Part shown: positions 35,258 through 45,773 of the stretch, piece after piece
How the letters are laid out: each line of letters starts with the position of its first letter
Numbering within the stretch: the first letter of the stretch is position 1
IMG/VR virus record: IMGVR_UViG_3300028966_000062
DNA from: a virus
DNA: 64,000 nucleotides
Direction: 5' to 3' (one strand)
Notes under the pieces: model-generated
The model's database searches: none
What the model saw: only the letters and a program-made list of their open reading frames with translations
Told to the model about the DNA's origin: nothing
Program-made: the position numbers and the translations under genes

Positions 35258-36978
35258 ATGTAAAACTCTGGAAGGGGAGTAGGAACGACCTATCAGACCC
35301 GATTGGAACGATTATGGAGAACAGAGGGGTCAAGGATTATAAGACCTACATGAATCTGGATGATTCTTGCTTGAATTCTCCGTGGGAATTGGACAATATC
35401 GAGTATGCTGTCATGATGTTGAATAAACACCTTTGGAAAAAATCTATCATCTCTATCCTTGTAGACTGTGATGTGGACGGTTTTACAAGTGCTTCGATGA
35501 TGTTTCAGTATTTGAAAGCGATTGGTTATTTTGGAAAAATCAATGTTCTGCATCATAGTGGCAAGGAACATGGACTCTCTAAAGAAATTGAGGTTCCACC
35601 TGAAACTACCTTGCTGATTATCCCTGATGCTGGTAGTAACGATGTTGAGCAGTGCAAGGAACTTCGTGATAAGGGCATCGATATTCTGATTCTTGACCAT
35701 CACATCTGCGACAGAGAGAATCCTTACGCAGTAATCGTTAATAACCAGAATGGTACATATCCTAACAAGGAACTGTCTGGTGCTGGCGTGGTATATAAGT
35801 TCCTTCAAGCCGTTGATGAAGATAATTGGACTGATGTTGCAGACAGGTATCTTGATTTAGTGGCAGTCGGAAATATCGGTGACGTTATGGATATGCACTC
35901 GCATGAGACAAAGCGCCTTTGCACAAAAGGTCTTGCACGAATTGTAAATCCGATGATTTGTGCTCTGGTTGAGGCGAATAGTTTCAACATCAAGGGTGAC
36001 CCGACTATCAATGATATTCAGTTCTACATCGTTCCGATGATGAACGCACTGATTCGTGTTGGCTCATCCGAGCAAAAGAAGCGGATGTTCCGTGCGATGG
36101 TCGGTGAGGAACAGACGTTCCAGTACACTCCGACTCGTGGCAAGAATGCCGGTGTCACGATTGACGAGACTCTGGCACAGCATGTGGCTCGTGAGTGTTC
36201 GTCTTGTAAATATCAGCAAAACAAAACTAAGGATAAGGCTGTTGCAGAGTTGCAGGAACTGATTGAAAAGCATGGTGCAGACCAGAATAAGATTCTCTTC
36301 TGCAACTCCACTGGCATTCTTGATAACACTCTGACTGGTGTTGTGGCAATCAAGCTGGCCGAAATGTATGCAAAACCGTGCGTATTGCTTCGTACTTTTG
36401 CTGATGAACCGGACTATTACGGTGGTTCAATGAGAAATCCTGACGGCTCTCCGATTGAAAGTTTAAAGGAGTTCCTGATGAGTACCGGAGATTTTGAGTC
36501 AGTTCTTGGTCATGATAATGCTGCTGGTGTGAAAATCAAGAAAGAAAACGTGCCAAAGGCGATTGCGGATTGTAATGAGCTGCTTAAAGATGTCACGATG
36601 AGCAAAGCAATCGTGGTTGACTTTGATTTTGACTATAGTAGGCTGACTGTTGCATTGCCGAAGACCATGTATGAAATGCATAAAATCTGGGCACAGGGAA
36701 TCTCAGAGCCATATTTCTACATTAAAAATATTCCGCTGATTCATAGTGGATGTGCTCCGATGGGCAAGAACGGCAATATGTGGAAGTATTCTGATGAAGA
36801 AAAAGGCATTGATTTTGTGTGCTTTGCAGATAATGGCCGGATGATTGGCTGGATCAATAATGACTTCTATGGTGATCAGGAAGAAAAATACATCAATGCT
36901 GTATGCCGGTTGTCTTTAAATCAGTACGGAAACAAAGTTACTCCGCAGGCGCAGATTGTTGATTTTGAGGTGATTTGA
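35254..36978 (+). CDS. DHH-family phosphoesterase (RecJ-like ssDNA exonuclease)
   Basis: DCDVDGFTSASMM, ILDHH motifs. Confidence 0.6.
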   Translation: MNVKLWKGSRNDLSDPIGTIMENRGVKDYKTYMNLDDSCLNSPWELDNIEYAVMMLNKHLWKKSIISILVDCDVDGFTSASMMFQYLKAIGYFGKINVLHHSGKEHGLSKEIEVPPETTLLIIPDAGSNDVEQCKELRDKGIDILILDHHICDRENPYAVIVNNQNGTYPNKELSGAGVVYKFLQAVDEDNWTDVADRYLDLVAVGNIGDVMDMHSHETKRLCTKGLARIVNPMICALVEANSFNIKGDPTINDIQFYIVPMMNALIRVGSSEQKKRMFRAMVGEEQTFQYTPTRGKNAGVTIDETLAQHVARECSSCKYQQNKTKDKAVAELQELIEKHGADQNKILFCNSTGILDNTLTGVVAIKLAEMYAKPCVLLRTFADEPDYYGGSMRNPDGSPIESLKEFLMSTGDFESVLGHDNAAGVKIKKENVPKAIADCNELLKDVTMSKAIVVDFDFDYSRLTVALPKTMYEMHKIWAQGISEPYFYIKNIPLIHSGCAPMGKNGNMWKYSDEEKGIDFVCFADNGRMIGWINNDFYGDQEEKYINAVCRLSLNQYGNKVTPQAQIVDFEVI

Positions 36979-36979
36979 T

Positions 36980-37321
36980 ATGGGAAATTGGAAACGTGCT
37001 ATCGCCATCGACTTTGATGGCACTCTCTGTGAGAATAATTATCCTGATATCGGTGAACCAAACTGGAATGTCATTTATCAAGCAATTCAGGAACAGAAGC
37101 ACGGTGCTGGTCTGATTCTCTGGACTTGTCGGGAAGGAAAGCTTTTGTATGATGCAATGGAGGCTTGCTTTGATTGGGGTATTCAGTTTGATGCCATCAA
37201 TGAGAGTCTTCCTGAGTGGAAAGAGCATTTTGGCACTGCTCCTAGAAAGGTTGGGGCTGATGAATATTGGGACGATAAGGCTGTAAAAATAAAGAATGGA
37301 GAGTTGGTTGACAATGAATAA
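36980..37321 (+). CDS. small HAD-like hydrolase (DxDGT motif)
   Basis: AIDFDGTLCEN motif I; possible K and DD motifs near C-terminus. Confidence 0.4.
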   Translation: MGNWKRAIAIDFDGTLCENNYPDIGEPNWNVIYQAIQEQKHGAGLILWTCREGKLLYDAMEACFDWGIQFDAINESLPEWKEHFGTAPRKVGADEYWDDKAVKIKNGELVDNE

Positions 37322-37619
37322 AGTTGGTAATTACGATTTGCCATTAAATTTGCTTGACAAAGCACATCAATCACTTGCACATACTATTGCAGATTTAGAA
37401 CCACTTCGGGAAGGTACAGCATTTAATCAGATTTTAAATGATGGTGCTCATATTATTGAACCGGATGAATTGACTCATATTCTTGATAAATTTGCAGAGC
37501 AGCATCCAGATTGGGAGATTTGTATCGAAACTGACCACGGATCGGTTAGTGAGAAATTTAAGATGGATCATGTTTTCTATGAAGGTATGGGAGATATGAT
37601 TGTTCTTGATTTTGAATGA
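37314..37619 (+). CDS. hypothetical protein (101 aa)
   Basis: ATG 37314 after GGAGAG. Confidence 0.45.
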   Translation: MNKVGNYDLPLNLLDKAHQSLAHTIADLEPLREGTAFNQILNDGAHIIEPDELTHILDKFAEQHPDWEICIETDHGSVSEKFKMDHVFYEGMGDMIVLDFE

Positions 37620-37622
37620 AAA

Positions 37623-37871
37623 ATGGAAAAACGACGATATAGATATTACAAAATTGATTACCGTACATATAATTATACGCTCAAGAAATATCACAACTTA
37701 CACAGAGAAATCTACGCTGAAAATGCAAGAGATGCAGTTAAAATGCTAAAAAGCAAAGAGTGTAATCGTAAGTTTGAGATTGTTAAAGTCTACTTTGTTG
37801 ATATTTTCGGTGATAGAAACGATAGGTTTTATCCACGAACTTATGTGATTGATAAAGAAGATTTTGAGTGA
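37623..37871 (+). CDS. hypothetical protein (82 aa)
   Basis: ORF. Confidence 0.45.
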   Translation: MEKRRYRYYKIDYRTYNYTLKKYHNLHREIYAENARDAVKMLKSKECNRKFEIVKVYFVDIFGDRNDRFYPRTYVIDKEDFE

Positions 37872-37880
37872 GGTGAGTAT

Positions 37881-38642
37881 ATGGTTTATATTACAGGCGA
37901 TATTCACGGCGACTTTAATCGTCTCTTAAAGCTAAATAAGTTTTGCATTAGACACAATCTTGGAAAGAATGATTGGATTATCTGCCTTGGCGATGTTGGT
38001 TTGAATTACTACGGCAAGGATGATTCTCGTGAATGGAGCATTAAGACCATTGCTGCGGACATCCCTGCGAATTTATTCTGCATTCATGGAAATCACGAAC
38101 GCCGCCCGTCTCGTAAGGATGGCTATAAGACAAAGGAAATCAGTGGAGATATTTGCGGAAAAGTGTGGCATGACCCACATTATCCCAATCAGTATTTTGC
38201 TATTGATGGCGAAGTTTACCAGATTCTTGCTGATAGGGAAATTCTGAACTGTCTTGTTTGCGGCGGAGCTTATTCCGTAGATAAATATTATCGGTTGGAA
38301 CGTGGATGGAACTGGTGGCCGAATGAACAGCCGAGTGAAAAGACTAAGAAAAAGATCTGGAATATTACACATGACCCTCAAATCGATGATATTGATGTTA
38401 TGCTCACGCATACCTGTCCATTCCGGTTCATTCCAACTGAATTGTTTATCGGTGGTATTGATCAAAGCACAGTAGACCAGTCAACTGAAATATTCTTTGA
38501 TGATATATACGAATGTTATCCTAACGATTGTAAACCGTTCTGGTATTTTGGTCACTTCCATGGAAATAAATACACTGATGACTATGTGATGCTTTTTGAT
38601 GACATTATTAAGTTTGGAGACAAGGTGAAGAGTGATGGTTAA
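37881..38642 (+). CDS. calcineurin-like metallophosphoesterase
   Basis: ITGDIHGDF, LGDVGLNY, IHGNHE motifs. Confidence 0.65.
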   Translation: MVYITGDIHGDFNRLLKLNKFCIRHNLGKNDWIICLGDVGLNYYGKDDSREWSIKTIAADIPANLFCIHGNHERRPSRKDGYKTKEISGDICGKVWHDPHYPNQYFAIDGEVYQILADREILNCLVCGGAYSVDKYYRLERGWNWWPNEQPSEKTKKKIWNITHDPQIDDIDVMLTHTCPFRFIPTELFIGGIDQSTVDQSTEIFFDDIYECYPNDCKPFWYFGHFHGNKYTDDYVMLFDDIIKFGDKVKSDG

Positions 38643-38964
38643 AGATAGAAATAAAGGTCTGCGAGTCCTTGATTATATCGACGAGAATGAAATTTTAGCG
38701 CAGTTGTCAGAAGAGGCTTCTGAAGTTGCAAAGGCGGCATTAAAGCTTCGCCGGGCTCGTGATAGAAAAGAACCCTACACCAGTAAGTATTCGTGAAGCG
38801 TGGGCTGATTTGAATGAAGAATATGGCGATGTACTCAATTGCCTATATGCGTTGTTTGATGACGACGATGACCGTATTTATGATTTTTTTTGAACACGCA
38901 AATATTACTGCCGATGAAAAGCGCAAGCGTTGGATTAAGCGCCTGAAGGAACGTAATCAGTTTT
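38635..38964 (+). pseudogene. MazG-like NTP pyrophosphohydrolase interrupted by two compensating frameshifts (~38770 and T8 run 38882-38889)
   Basis: EEASEVAKAALKL (frame A), REAWADLNEEYGDVLNCLYALFDDDD (frame A+1), EHANITADEKRKRWIKRLKERNQF (frame A). Confidence 0.4.
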
Positions 38965-38983
38965 AATGGTGGAAGGAGAATAG

Positions 38984-41900
38984 ATGTCAGATAATTTTGT
39001 AAATCTTCATGTACATACAGCGCAGGGTTCGTTACTTGACTCTATTCTTACCGTCAAGGAACTTGTAAACTTTGCCAAAGAAAATGGCCAGAAAGCAATC
39101 GCGGTTACAGACCACGGAAAAATGCACTCTTTTGTTGACCAAGTTAAGGCTTGCAAGGAAGCAGGTATTAAGCCTATCATCGGCTGTGAAGTCTATGAAG
39201 TAGATAATCAGGCAGAGAAAGCCGATACAAAAGACTATAAACAACCTCGTTACCATCTTGTTTTACTAGCAAAGAACGAGACCGGTTTAAAAAATCTATT
39301 TAAGATTGTTTCAAATGCTTGCGTTGATGGTATGTATAAAAAGCCTCGAACTTCTTTGAACATTATTGAACAGAACGAGTGGGGTAAAGGTATCATCTGT
39401 CTTACAGCCTGTCAAGTTGGTCGAATGAGTAGATTACTTGTTGATGGCAACGAGACTGAAGCATGGCAGTTATGGAACAAACTGGAATGGATCTTTGATG
39501 ACGTGTTTATGGAAGTACAGTCACATGATACGCCAGATCAAGCTGAGGCCAATGCAAAAATTGCGGCGTTTATTAGGAAATACGACTTGCCGTATACCAT
39601 TACGACCGATGCTCACATGCTTTCTAAAGAAGATATTGATGCACACTCTGTCTTTGTTGAGATTGGAGAAGGCCGAGAAGTTGGAGAAAGTTATGTTGAC
39701 TGTTATCTTCAGACCGAAGACGATGTGCTAAGAACACTTTCAAAGCAGTTTGATGAAGACTTCATCCGAAAAGGTTGCTCAATGTCTGTGAAAATTGCAG
39801 ATATGGTTGACGATATTGATATTGGTCTTGGCCAGCCAAACCAGATGCCAGAAGTGAAAATTGAAGGTAAATTTGATTCGCATCTGGATTACCTGCGTTA
39901 CCTCGTTTATTCTACTTTTGATGAAAAATTCGGATGGATGAGTAAAGAAGAACAGCAAACCAGGCGGGACAGAATTGAGATGGAGCTTGACGTTTTGGAA
40001 TATGTTGACTACATCGACTATTTCATCATGCTGTATATGCTTTGTAAGGTGGCCGATGAACGAGGTATCCCTCGTGGCTATTCTCGTGGTTCTGGTGCAA
40101 ACTGTCTATGTCTATTTATGCTAAACGTTACGCAGATTGATTCTGTTCGTTGGGATCTTGACTTCTCTCGTTTTGCCAATAAGGGGCGTAAGAGCCTGGC
40201 AGATTTCGACTTTGACATTAGCCGTCGTCGTCGTAAAGAGCTTGTTTCTATTGCAGAAGAACTTTTTGGAAAAGAAAGCGTTGCTCCTATTGCAACTTTT
40301 AATTCTTTGTCTACTAAGGTTGCCATTAAGGATATTGGTAAGGTGCTGAATGAAGATCCAGAAAGTCCATATTATATGCAGATTCCGTATGAGCTACGCA
40401 ACGAGGTTGCCAAGCTGATTCCGACTGTAAAAACGCTGGATGACCTTGGTGAAGAGGTTGAGAAGGAAGTTCTGCTAAAAGATATCCTCGGTAAAAGCGA
40501 GCAGCTTTCTAATGTGTATGATAAGTTCCCTCTGTGGTTTAAGTACGTTATGCGGCTTGAAGGTTTACCGAAAAGTATGGGTCGCCATGCTGCAGGAACT
40601 TTGATTACACCTAAGCCTGTCATTGAATATTGTCCTCTCTGTATGGATAGAGAAGGTAATCAGATGTGTCAGCTTGAAATGCACAATGCTATGGATGACC
40701 TGTCTCTAGTTAAGATGGATTTTCTTGGTCTTGAAAATTTGGACACGATTGATGACACATTAAAGATGGCCGGTCTAACTTGGAAGGATGTTGACATCAA
40801 CCATCTCGACCTAAACGATAAGGCAGTCTACGACGCAGTTTATAAGTCTGGACACACAATTGGTATTTTTCAGATGGAGTCTGCTGAAGCTCGAAAGATG
40901 TGTGTTGAAGCAAAATGTGACAACGCCGAGGATATCATTGTTGTGAATGCAGCAAACCGCCCTGGTACTAAGGACAGCTTCCCGACGTATTGTTCCAATA
41001 AGCTTTATCCAGAGACTATCAAACTACTTCATCCTGATATCAAACAGCTTTTTGCCAAGACTCAGTACATTCTTCTTTATCAGGAACAGGCTCTGGCAGT
41101 ATTTCGTTATGCAGGATTCCCTGAAACTGAGGTTGACAATGCTCGTCGTGCCATTGGTAAGAAAAAGAAAGATGTTATGGCATCCTTGGAGGTCCAGTTT
41201 AGAGATGGTCTTCACAAGAAAGGATGGAACGATTATCAGATTTCTGAGATGTGGGCATTGATCTTGAAACAGGCTTCTTATTCCTTCAACCGGGGCCACG
41301 CAGTTGCTTATGGGCTTCTTTCTTACCTGACAGCATACCTGAAAACTCATTATACTGAGTATTTCATGGCTGCGTGTATGATTACAAAGGAAGATGATTC
41401 TGGCAAAATGGGTGTGTTTATCAACGAATGCGACCGTCTACATATTCGTGTCCTTCCTCCAAGTGTCAACAAGTCTGATATGGAGTTTAAGGCTGATGCG
41501 GAAAAGCACACAATCCTGTTTGGTTTGAAAGCCATTAAGGGAATGGGTGAGAGTATCGCTTCAGGAGTGATTGCAGACCGTCCATATTCTGGACTGGCAG
41601 ACTTTGTTCAGAGAGCAAACGGTGGTAAGATTGGAACCTCAAATGTTGTCAAGTTGATTAAGGCTGGCGCTATCCCGACAAAAGACAAGAGAAAAATCTT
41701 AATCACTTTTGCAAATATGGTTTTTGAGAATGAGTATAAAGAGAAAGGATTCCATGAGATGGCGTCTCTCCCTAAGATTTCCATTCTTAAAGACGAATAC
41801 GGCATTGATACGGACTCTGTTAAAGACAAACCAACCAGACTTGCCTTATATAATAAGGTAAGAAGGGAGCGCTGGGAAGCGGGCACATGGAATCGAAAGA

Positions 41901-42328
41901 AAGAAAAAGACAAAAAGCGGAATGCATTTATGCAGGCGTTTGCTGAAAAGTATATGCAAGACGAGCACATGTGGGAATTTGAAACTCTTTCAATGTTTTT
42001 GACTAGCAATCCCATTAAGGATGCTTGCACCTATATTGATGCTGGTCTTGATACTGTAGAGGATGGCGGTAAGGCAACTGCTATTTGTGTCATCGTAGAT
42101 ATCCAAAAAAAGAAAGATAAACGTGGCAACCAGTTTGCGTACTTACATGTTTACACGACAGGTGGTATTGTCGAAATGATTTGTTGGGCATCTCAGTATG
42201 CACGATATTCAAGTCTGATTTCAAAGGGTAACGATCTTGCAATCCTTTGCAAGAGAAAAGAAAATTCGTACATTGTTGAGAAGATGAAGCCTTATAAGCA
42301 GTGGCTGCATGATAGAGAGATAGCGTAA
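38984..42328 (+). CDS. dnaE: DNA polymerase III alpha subunit (DnaE-type) with N-terminal PHP domain
   Basis: NLHVHTAQGSLLDS PHP start; 1114 aa; conserved pol III alpha core. Confidence 0.8.
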   Translation: MSDNFVNLHVHTAQGSLLDSILTVKELVNFAKENGQKAIAVTDHGKMHSFVDQVKACKEAGIKPIIGCEVYEVDNQAEKADTKDYKQPRYHLVLLAKNETGLKNLFKIVSNACVDGMYKKPRTSLNIIEQNEWGKGIICLTACQVGRMSRLLVDGNETEAWQLWNKLEWIFDDVFMEVQSHDTPDQAEANAKIAAFIRKYDLPYTITTDAHMLSKEDIDAHSVFVEIGEGREVGESYVDCYLQTEDDVLRTLSKQFDEDFIRKGCSMSVKIADMVDDIDIGLGQPNQMPEVKIEGKFDSHLDYLRYLVYSTFDEKFGWMSKEEQQTRRDRIEMELDVLEYVDYIDYFIMLYMLCKVADERGIPRGYSRGSGANCLCLFMLNVTQIDSVRWDLDFSRFANKGRKSLADFDFDISRRRRKELVSIAEELFGKESVAPIATFNSLSTKVAIKDIGKVLNEDPESPYYMQIPYELRNEVAKLIPTVKTLDDLGEEVEKEVLLKDILGKSEQLSNVYDKFPLWFKYVMRLEGLPKSMGRHAAGTLITPKPVIEYCPLCMDREGNQMCQLEMHNAMDDLSLVKMDFLGLENLDTIDDTLKMAGLTWKDVDINHLDLNDKAVYDAVYKSGHTIGIFQMESAEARKMCVEAKCDNAEDIIVVNAANRPGTKDSFPTYCSNKLYPETIKLLHPDIKQLFAKTQYILLYQEQALAVFRYAGFPETEVDNARRAIGKKKKDVMASLEVQFRDGLHKKGWNDYQISEMWALILKQASYSFNRGHAVAYGLLSYLTAYLKTHYTEYFMAACMITKEDDSGKMGVFINECDRLHIRVLPPSVNKSDMEFKADAEKHTILFGLKAIKGMGESIASGVIADRPYSGLADFVQRANGGKIGTSNVVKLIKAGAIPTKDKRKILITFANMVFENEYKEKGFHEMASLPKISILKDEYGIDTDSVKDKPTRLALYNKVRRERWEAGTWNRKKEKDKKRNAFMQAFAEKYMQDEHMWEFETLSMFLTSNPIKDACTYIDAGLDTVEDGGKATAICVIVDIQKKKDKRGNQFAYLHVYTTGGIVEMICWASQYARYSSLISKGNDLAILCKRKENSYIVEKMKPYKQWLHDREIA

Positions 42329-42340
42329 GAGGGTTATAAA

Positions 42341-45300
42341 GTGGCAGATAAAAAATTCAATGAAAATATGATCCGTTGCTACATCAGGATAAAACGAGTC
42401 TTTTATCCGAAAGATGGGAGGGAGGTGGAGCCCGGCGGCTTCGCCACTTTCTCTGCCGAGGTGGTAAAAGTCAAGCAGGGAAATCCTGTTATGAGTCGAT
42501 ACAGTGACCTCCGGTTAAAGGGCAACGTTCCTAGCCTCGATATGAATAAAACTTATTCGTTCTGTGGTGAGTATGTTCATCATGAAAAGTTTGGTGACCA
42601 GTATAAAATCATTTATATGAATGAGTTTCAAGAGATTACTGACCCGGAAGAACAGAAAAGCTTTCTCCATTATATCCTGACCGACCATCAGTTTGAGATA
42701 CTTTATGAAGCATTCGAAAATCCGTATGAGATTATCAAGAATGGTGATATCAAGTCGCTTTGCACTGTTAGTGGTATTACGGAAGGCAGAGCTCAAAAGA
42801 TCATTGATACTTATGAAAACAACATTGATAACAGTGAGGCGTACACAAAGCTAATTGAGTACGGTCTGACCCCTAGTGCTATTGAAAAGCTTGTCCGTCA
42901 ATATCATGGTGCAGACACTCTGGTGAGAAAGATTGAAGAGAATCCTTACGTCCTGATTGACGATGTGTATGGCATCGGCTGGAAGAAGGCTGACGCTCTA
43001 GCTCTGAATATGGGGTTGAAACACAATTCGCAATTTAGAATTGAAGCTTACGTCATGCACTTTCTTGCTGGCCGTGCCGAAGAAGGCAACTCTATCATCT
43101 CGGCAAACCAGACAATCAATAGCTGTATTAAGGAACTTGATTTGAATGAGGGTGACCAAGAAGTCATCAAAAGGGCACTTTTCCATTTGCATGATGCTCG
43201 TGAAACGCTTTGGTGGAGCGATGACCGTCAGGAATTTGCTTTAACTAGAGTGTGGAATCTGGAAGATAGTATTGCGAAGGAAATCAAGCGTCTGGCGGAT
43301 GTTCCTGTTGAGCCGATTGGTCGAAATATGGATGCAGCAATCAATGAGGCCGAGGATGAACTTGGTATCGAGTACACTGAAGAGCAGAGAGATGCTATTA
43401 AAAAGGTATGCTCTAGCAACGTCTGTATCTTAACAGGTTACGGCGGATGCCTTGATGCAGAGATGGAGTTCTTTAATGGTATCCAATGGAAAAAAATAAA
43501 AGATTATGTTAAGGGCGACAAAGTTCTTCAATATAATGAAAATGGGACTACAACGCTTGTTGAGCCTGAGAAATATGTAAAATTTAAATGTGAATATCTA
43601 TATCACATGAAAAACAAGTCGGGCAGTATCAATCAACTATTGAGTGCAGAGCATAATGTTGTTTACTTGACCAGCAAAAACAATTTAGCTAAAATCCCAA
43701 TGTGGGAGTTGTATCAAAGAAATGTTAAACGAAAGTCTGGGTTTAACGGACATTTTATAACAACGTTCAATTATGATGGTCCAGGAATCGATTTGAGCGA
43801 TGCTGATATTAGACTAATGTGTGCTGTTATTTGCGATGGGTCGTTTTTGAAGGATCATAAATCAGCTTGGTGTAGAGTAAACGTAAAAAAAGAGCGAAAG
43901 AAACTTCGCATGAGAAGACTTCTTTTGGAAAGTGGTAGATACTTTGATGAGCATCAGTGGAATCCAAAAGACTTGGAATATTCGAACTTTGTCTTTTATG
44001 CTCCAAGAAAAGAAAAAAGATTTACTTCGTATTGGTATAGCTGTAATCATCATCAGCTAGAGGTGATTTGCGATGAGATTCTAAATTGGGACGGTCACGT
44101 AAAAGAGGGGAGACGGAAAGATTTTAGTACACTGATTAAAGAAACGGCAGATTTTGTTCAGTTCGCATTTTCTTCTTGTGGTTATCGTTCTGTTGTACAT
44201 GAATCAAATATTGAACGGCACGGTAGAATGGTCACAGAGTATAATGTTCATATTGTGCAACACTCGAATGGAAAAGTTTCTCTTATGACAAAAGGCAGTA
44301 AAAGCGATATTGATATTGTTCGTTCAAGCGATGGATATAAGTATTGTTTTACGGTTCCGTCTCATATGTTTCTGATAAGATATAATGGAAGAATTTGTGT
44401 CACAGGCAACACCGGTAAAAGTACCGTTGTCGCTGGTGTTCTAAAGGTTCTTCGTGGTAAGTCTTTTGCTCAGACTGCACTTTCTGGTCGTGCCGCTGCT
44501 CGTATGCAGGAGATTACTGGTCAGGACGGTAAGACTATTCACCGTCTTCTTGGATATGACATCGAGAACGGTGGGTTTGTTCACGATAAGGACAATCCTC
44601 TGGATGAGGACATTATCATTCTGGATGAGACCTCTATGGTTGGTGCTCAATTGTTTTACGATTTGATTCAGGCAATCGAAACTGGCAAGCGATTCATCAT
44701 GATTGGTGATGACGGCCAGCTTGAGAGTATCGGTATGTGTAACATCTTCAAGGATATGCTTGCATCTAAGGTTGTTCCTGTGGCTCGTTTGACTAAGATC
44801 CATCGTCAGGCAGCCAAGTCTGCAATTATCACGGAGAGCATTAAGGTTCGTAACGCTACGCAGTTGGTTCCTTATGGCTGGGCTGGCAGTGAGATTCGTG
44901 GTGAACTTCGTGATTTGGAGCTTGATATCTATAAAGACGCAAGTGAGTCATTCAATCACATCATCAATCAGTACCGTACCTTATATAATAAGGTAGGGAA
45001 TGATAGTTCGAAGATTCAGATTGTACTTCCACAGAAGCTGCGTGGCAGTATCTGCACCTACGAAGTCAATAATGCTATTCAGGAAATTGTGAATCCGAGT
45101 CGTGGTCAAGCAGAAGCAAAAGTCACAATCTATGGTGATGGCAAGGATAGGGTGTATACTCTGCGTGAGGGCGATCAGGTCATCATCAACAAGAACAACT
45201 ATGAGCTTCACACATACAATCTCAAGACAAAGAAAAAAGAAGAGAAGTGTCCGGTGTTCAACGGAAACCGTGGCATTATCCGAAAGATTGAGAGTAGTTT

Positions 45301-45634
45301 TATCCTAGTTGATTTTGACCAGTGGGGAACAATCTTCATTCCACATTACTTTGGCGGAAACAATATCTGGGCAACACTTGAGCTTGCTTATGCTTTGAGT
45401 TGTCATAAACTGCAGGGCAGTGAAGCTCCGTATGTGATTGTTGGTATGGACAACTCTGCGTACTTGATGCTGACGAGAGAATGGCTCTATACGGCCATCA
45501 CTCGTGCAAAGAAGTATTGTATGATTTGCGCCGAAACTCACGCTCTTGATCGGGCTGTAAAGACTTCGAGAGTTCCATATAAGCGGACGTTCTTGAAGGA
45601 ATTTTTACGGAAAGAATTTTCAGAAAAGCATTGA
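42341..45634 (+). CDS. RecD-like SF1 helicase carrying an intein inside the Walker A P-loop
   Basis: ILTGYGG-[intein]-TGKSTVVAG, IILDETSMV, FIMIGDDGQLESIG, CHKLQGSEAPYVIV, YTAITRAKK. Confidence 0.8.
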   Translation: MADKKFNENMIRCYIRIKRVFYPKDGREVEPGGFATFSAEVVKVKQGNPVMSRYSDLRLKGNVPSLDMNKTYSFCGEYVHHEKFGDQYKIIYMNEFQEITDPEEQKSFLHYILTDHQFEILYEAFENPYEIIKNGDIKSLCTVSGITEGRAQKIIDTYENNIDNSEAYTKLIEYGLTPSAIEKLVRQYHGADTLVRKIEENPYVLIDDVYGIGWKKADALALNMGLKHNSQFRIEAYVMHFLAGRAEEGNSIISANQTINSCIKELDLNEGDQEVIKRALFHLHDARETLWWSDDRQEFALTRVWNLEDSIAKEIKRLADVPVEPIGRNMDAAINEAEDELGIEYTEEQRDAIKKVCSSNVCILTGYGGCLDAEMEFFNGIQWKKIKDYVKGDKVLQYNENGTTTLVEPEKYVKFKCEYLYHMKNKSGSINQLLSAEHNVVYLTSKNNLAKIPMWELYQRNVKRKSGFNGHFITTFNYDGPGIDLSDADIRLMCAVICDGSFLKDHKSAWCRVNVKKERKKLRMRRLLLESGRYFDEHQWNPKDLEYSNFVFYAPRKEKRFTSYWYSCNHHQLEVICDEILNWDGHVKEGRRKDFSTLIKETADFVQFAFSSCGYRSVVHESNIERHGRMVTEYNVHIVQHSNGKVSLMTKGSKSDIDIVRSSDGYKYCFTVPSHMFLIRYNGRICVTGNTGKSTVVAGVLKVLRGKSFAQTALSGRAAARMQEITGQDGKTIHRLLGYDIENGGFVHDKDNPLDEDIIILDETSMVGAQLFYDLIQAIETGKRFIMIGDDGQLESIGMCNIFKDMLASKVVPVARLTKIHRQAAKSAIITESIKVRNATQLVPYGWAGSEIRGELRDLELDIYKDASESFNHIINQYRTLYNKVGNDSSKIQIVLPQKLRGSICTYEVNNAIQEIVNPSRGQAEAKVTIYGDGKDRVYTLREGDQVIINKNNYELHTYNLKTKKKEEKCPVFNGNRGIIRKIESSFILVDFDQWGTIFIPHYFGGNNIWATLELAYALSCHKLQGSEAPYVIVGMDNSAYLMLTREWLYTAITRAKKYCMICAETHALDRAVKTSRVPYKRTFLKEFLRKEFSEKH
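43448..44410 (+). mobile_element. intein (321 aa) with LAGLIDADG homing-endonuclease domain
   Basis: starts Cys (CLDAEMEFF), block B SAEHNVVYLT, LAGLIDADG-like DIRLMCAVICDGSF, ends ...RICVTGN followed by +1 Thr; removal restores GYGGTGKST. Confidence 0.7.
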
Positions 45635-45659
45635 CAATTATATTTGTATCCTATATAAT
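45631..45659 (+). promoter_or_regulatory. sigma70-like promoter TTGACA-17-TATAAT embedding reverse motif copy R3
   Basis: TTGACA 45631-36, TATAAT 45654-59. Confidence 0.6.
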
Positions 45660-45666
45660 ATAGTTA
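45646..45666 (-). repeat. 21-nt motif copy R3 (variant GTATCCTATATAATATAGTTA on + strand)
   Basis: reverse orientation, CAGG to TAGG variant. Confidence 0.55.
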
Positions 45667-45704
45667 TAAAAAGTCTCCATCCCGGAGGCTTAAAATTCTC
45701 TCTT

Positions 45705-45725
45705 TAGATACATAACACAGGATAC
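45705..45725 (+). repeat. 21-nt motif copy F5 (TAGATACATAACACAGGATAC)
   Basis: followed within 10 nt by terminator hairpin. Confidence 0.65.
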
Positions 45726-45734
45726 GAGAAAGAG

Positions 45735-45768
45735 AAGGCTTGCTCGTAACGACAAGCCTTTCTTTATT
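45735..45768 (+). terminator. rho-independent terminator (AAGGCTTG / CAAGCCTT stem, TCTTTATT tail)
   Basis: 8-bp perfect stem, 10-nt loop, U-rich tail. Confidence 0.6.
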
Positions 45769-45773
45769 AGCCA

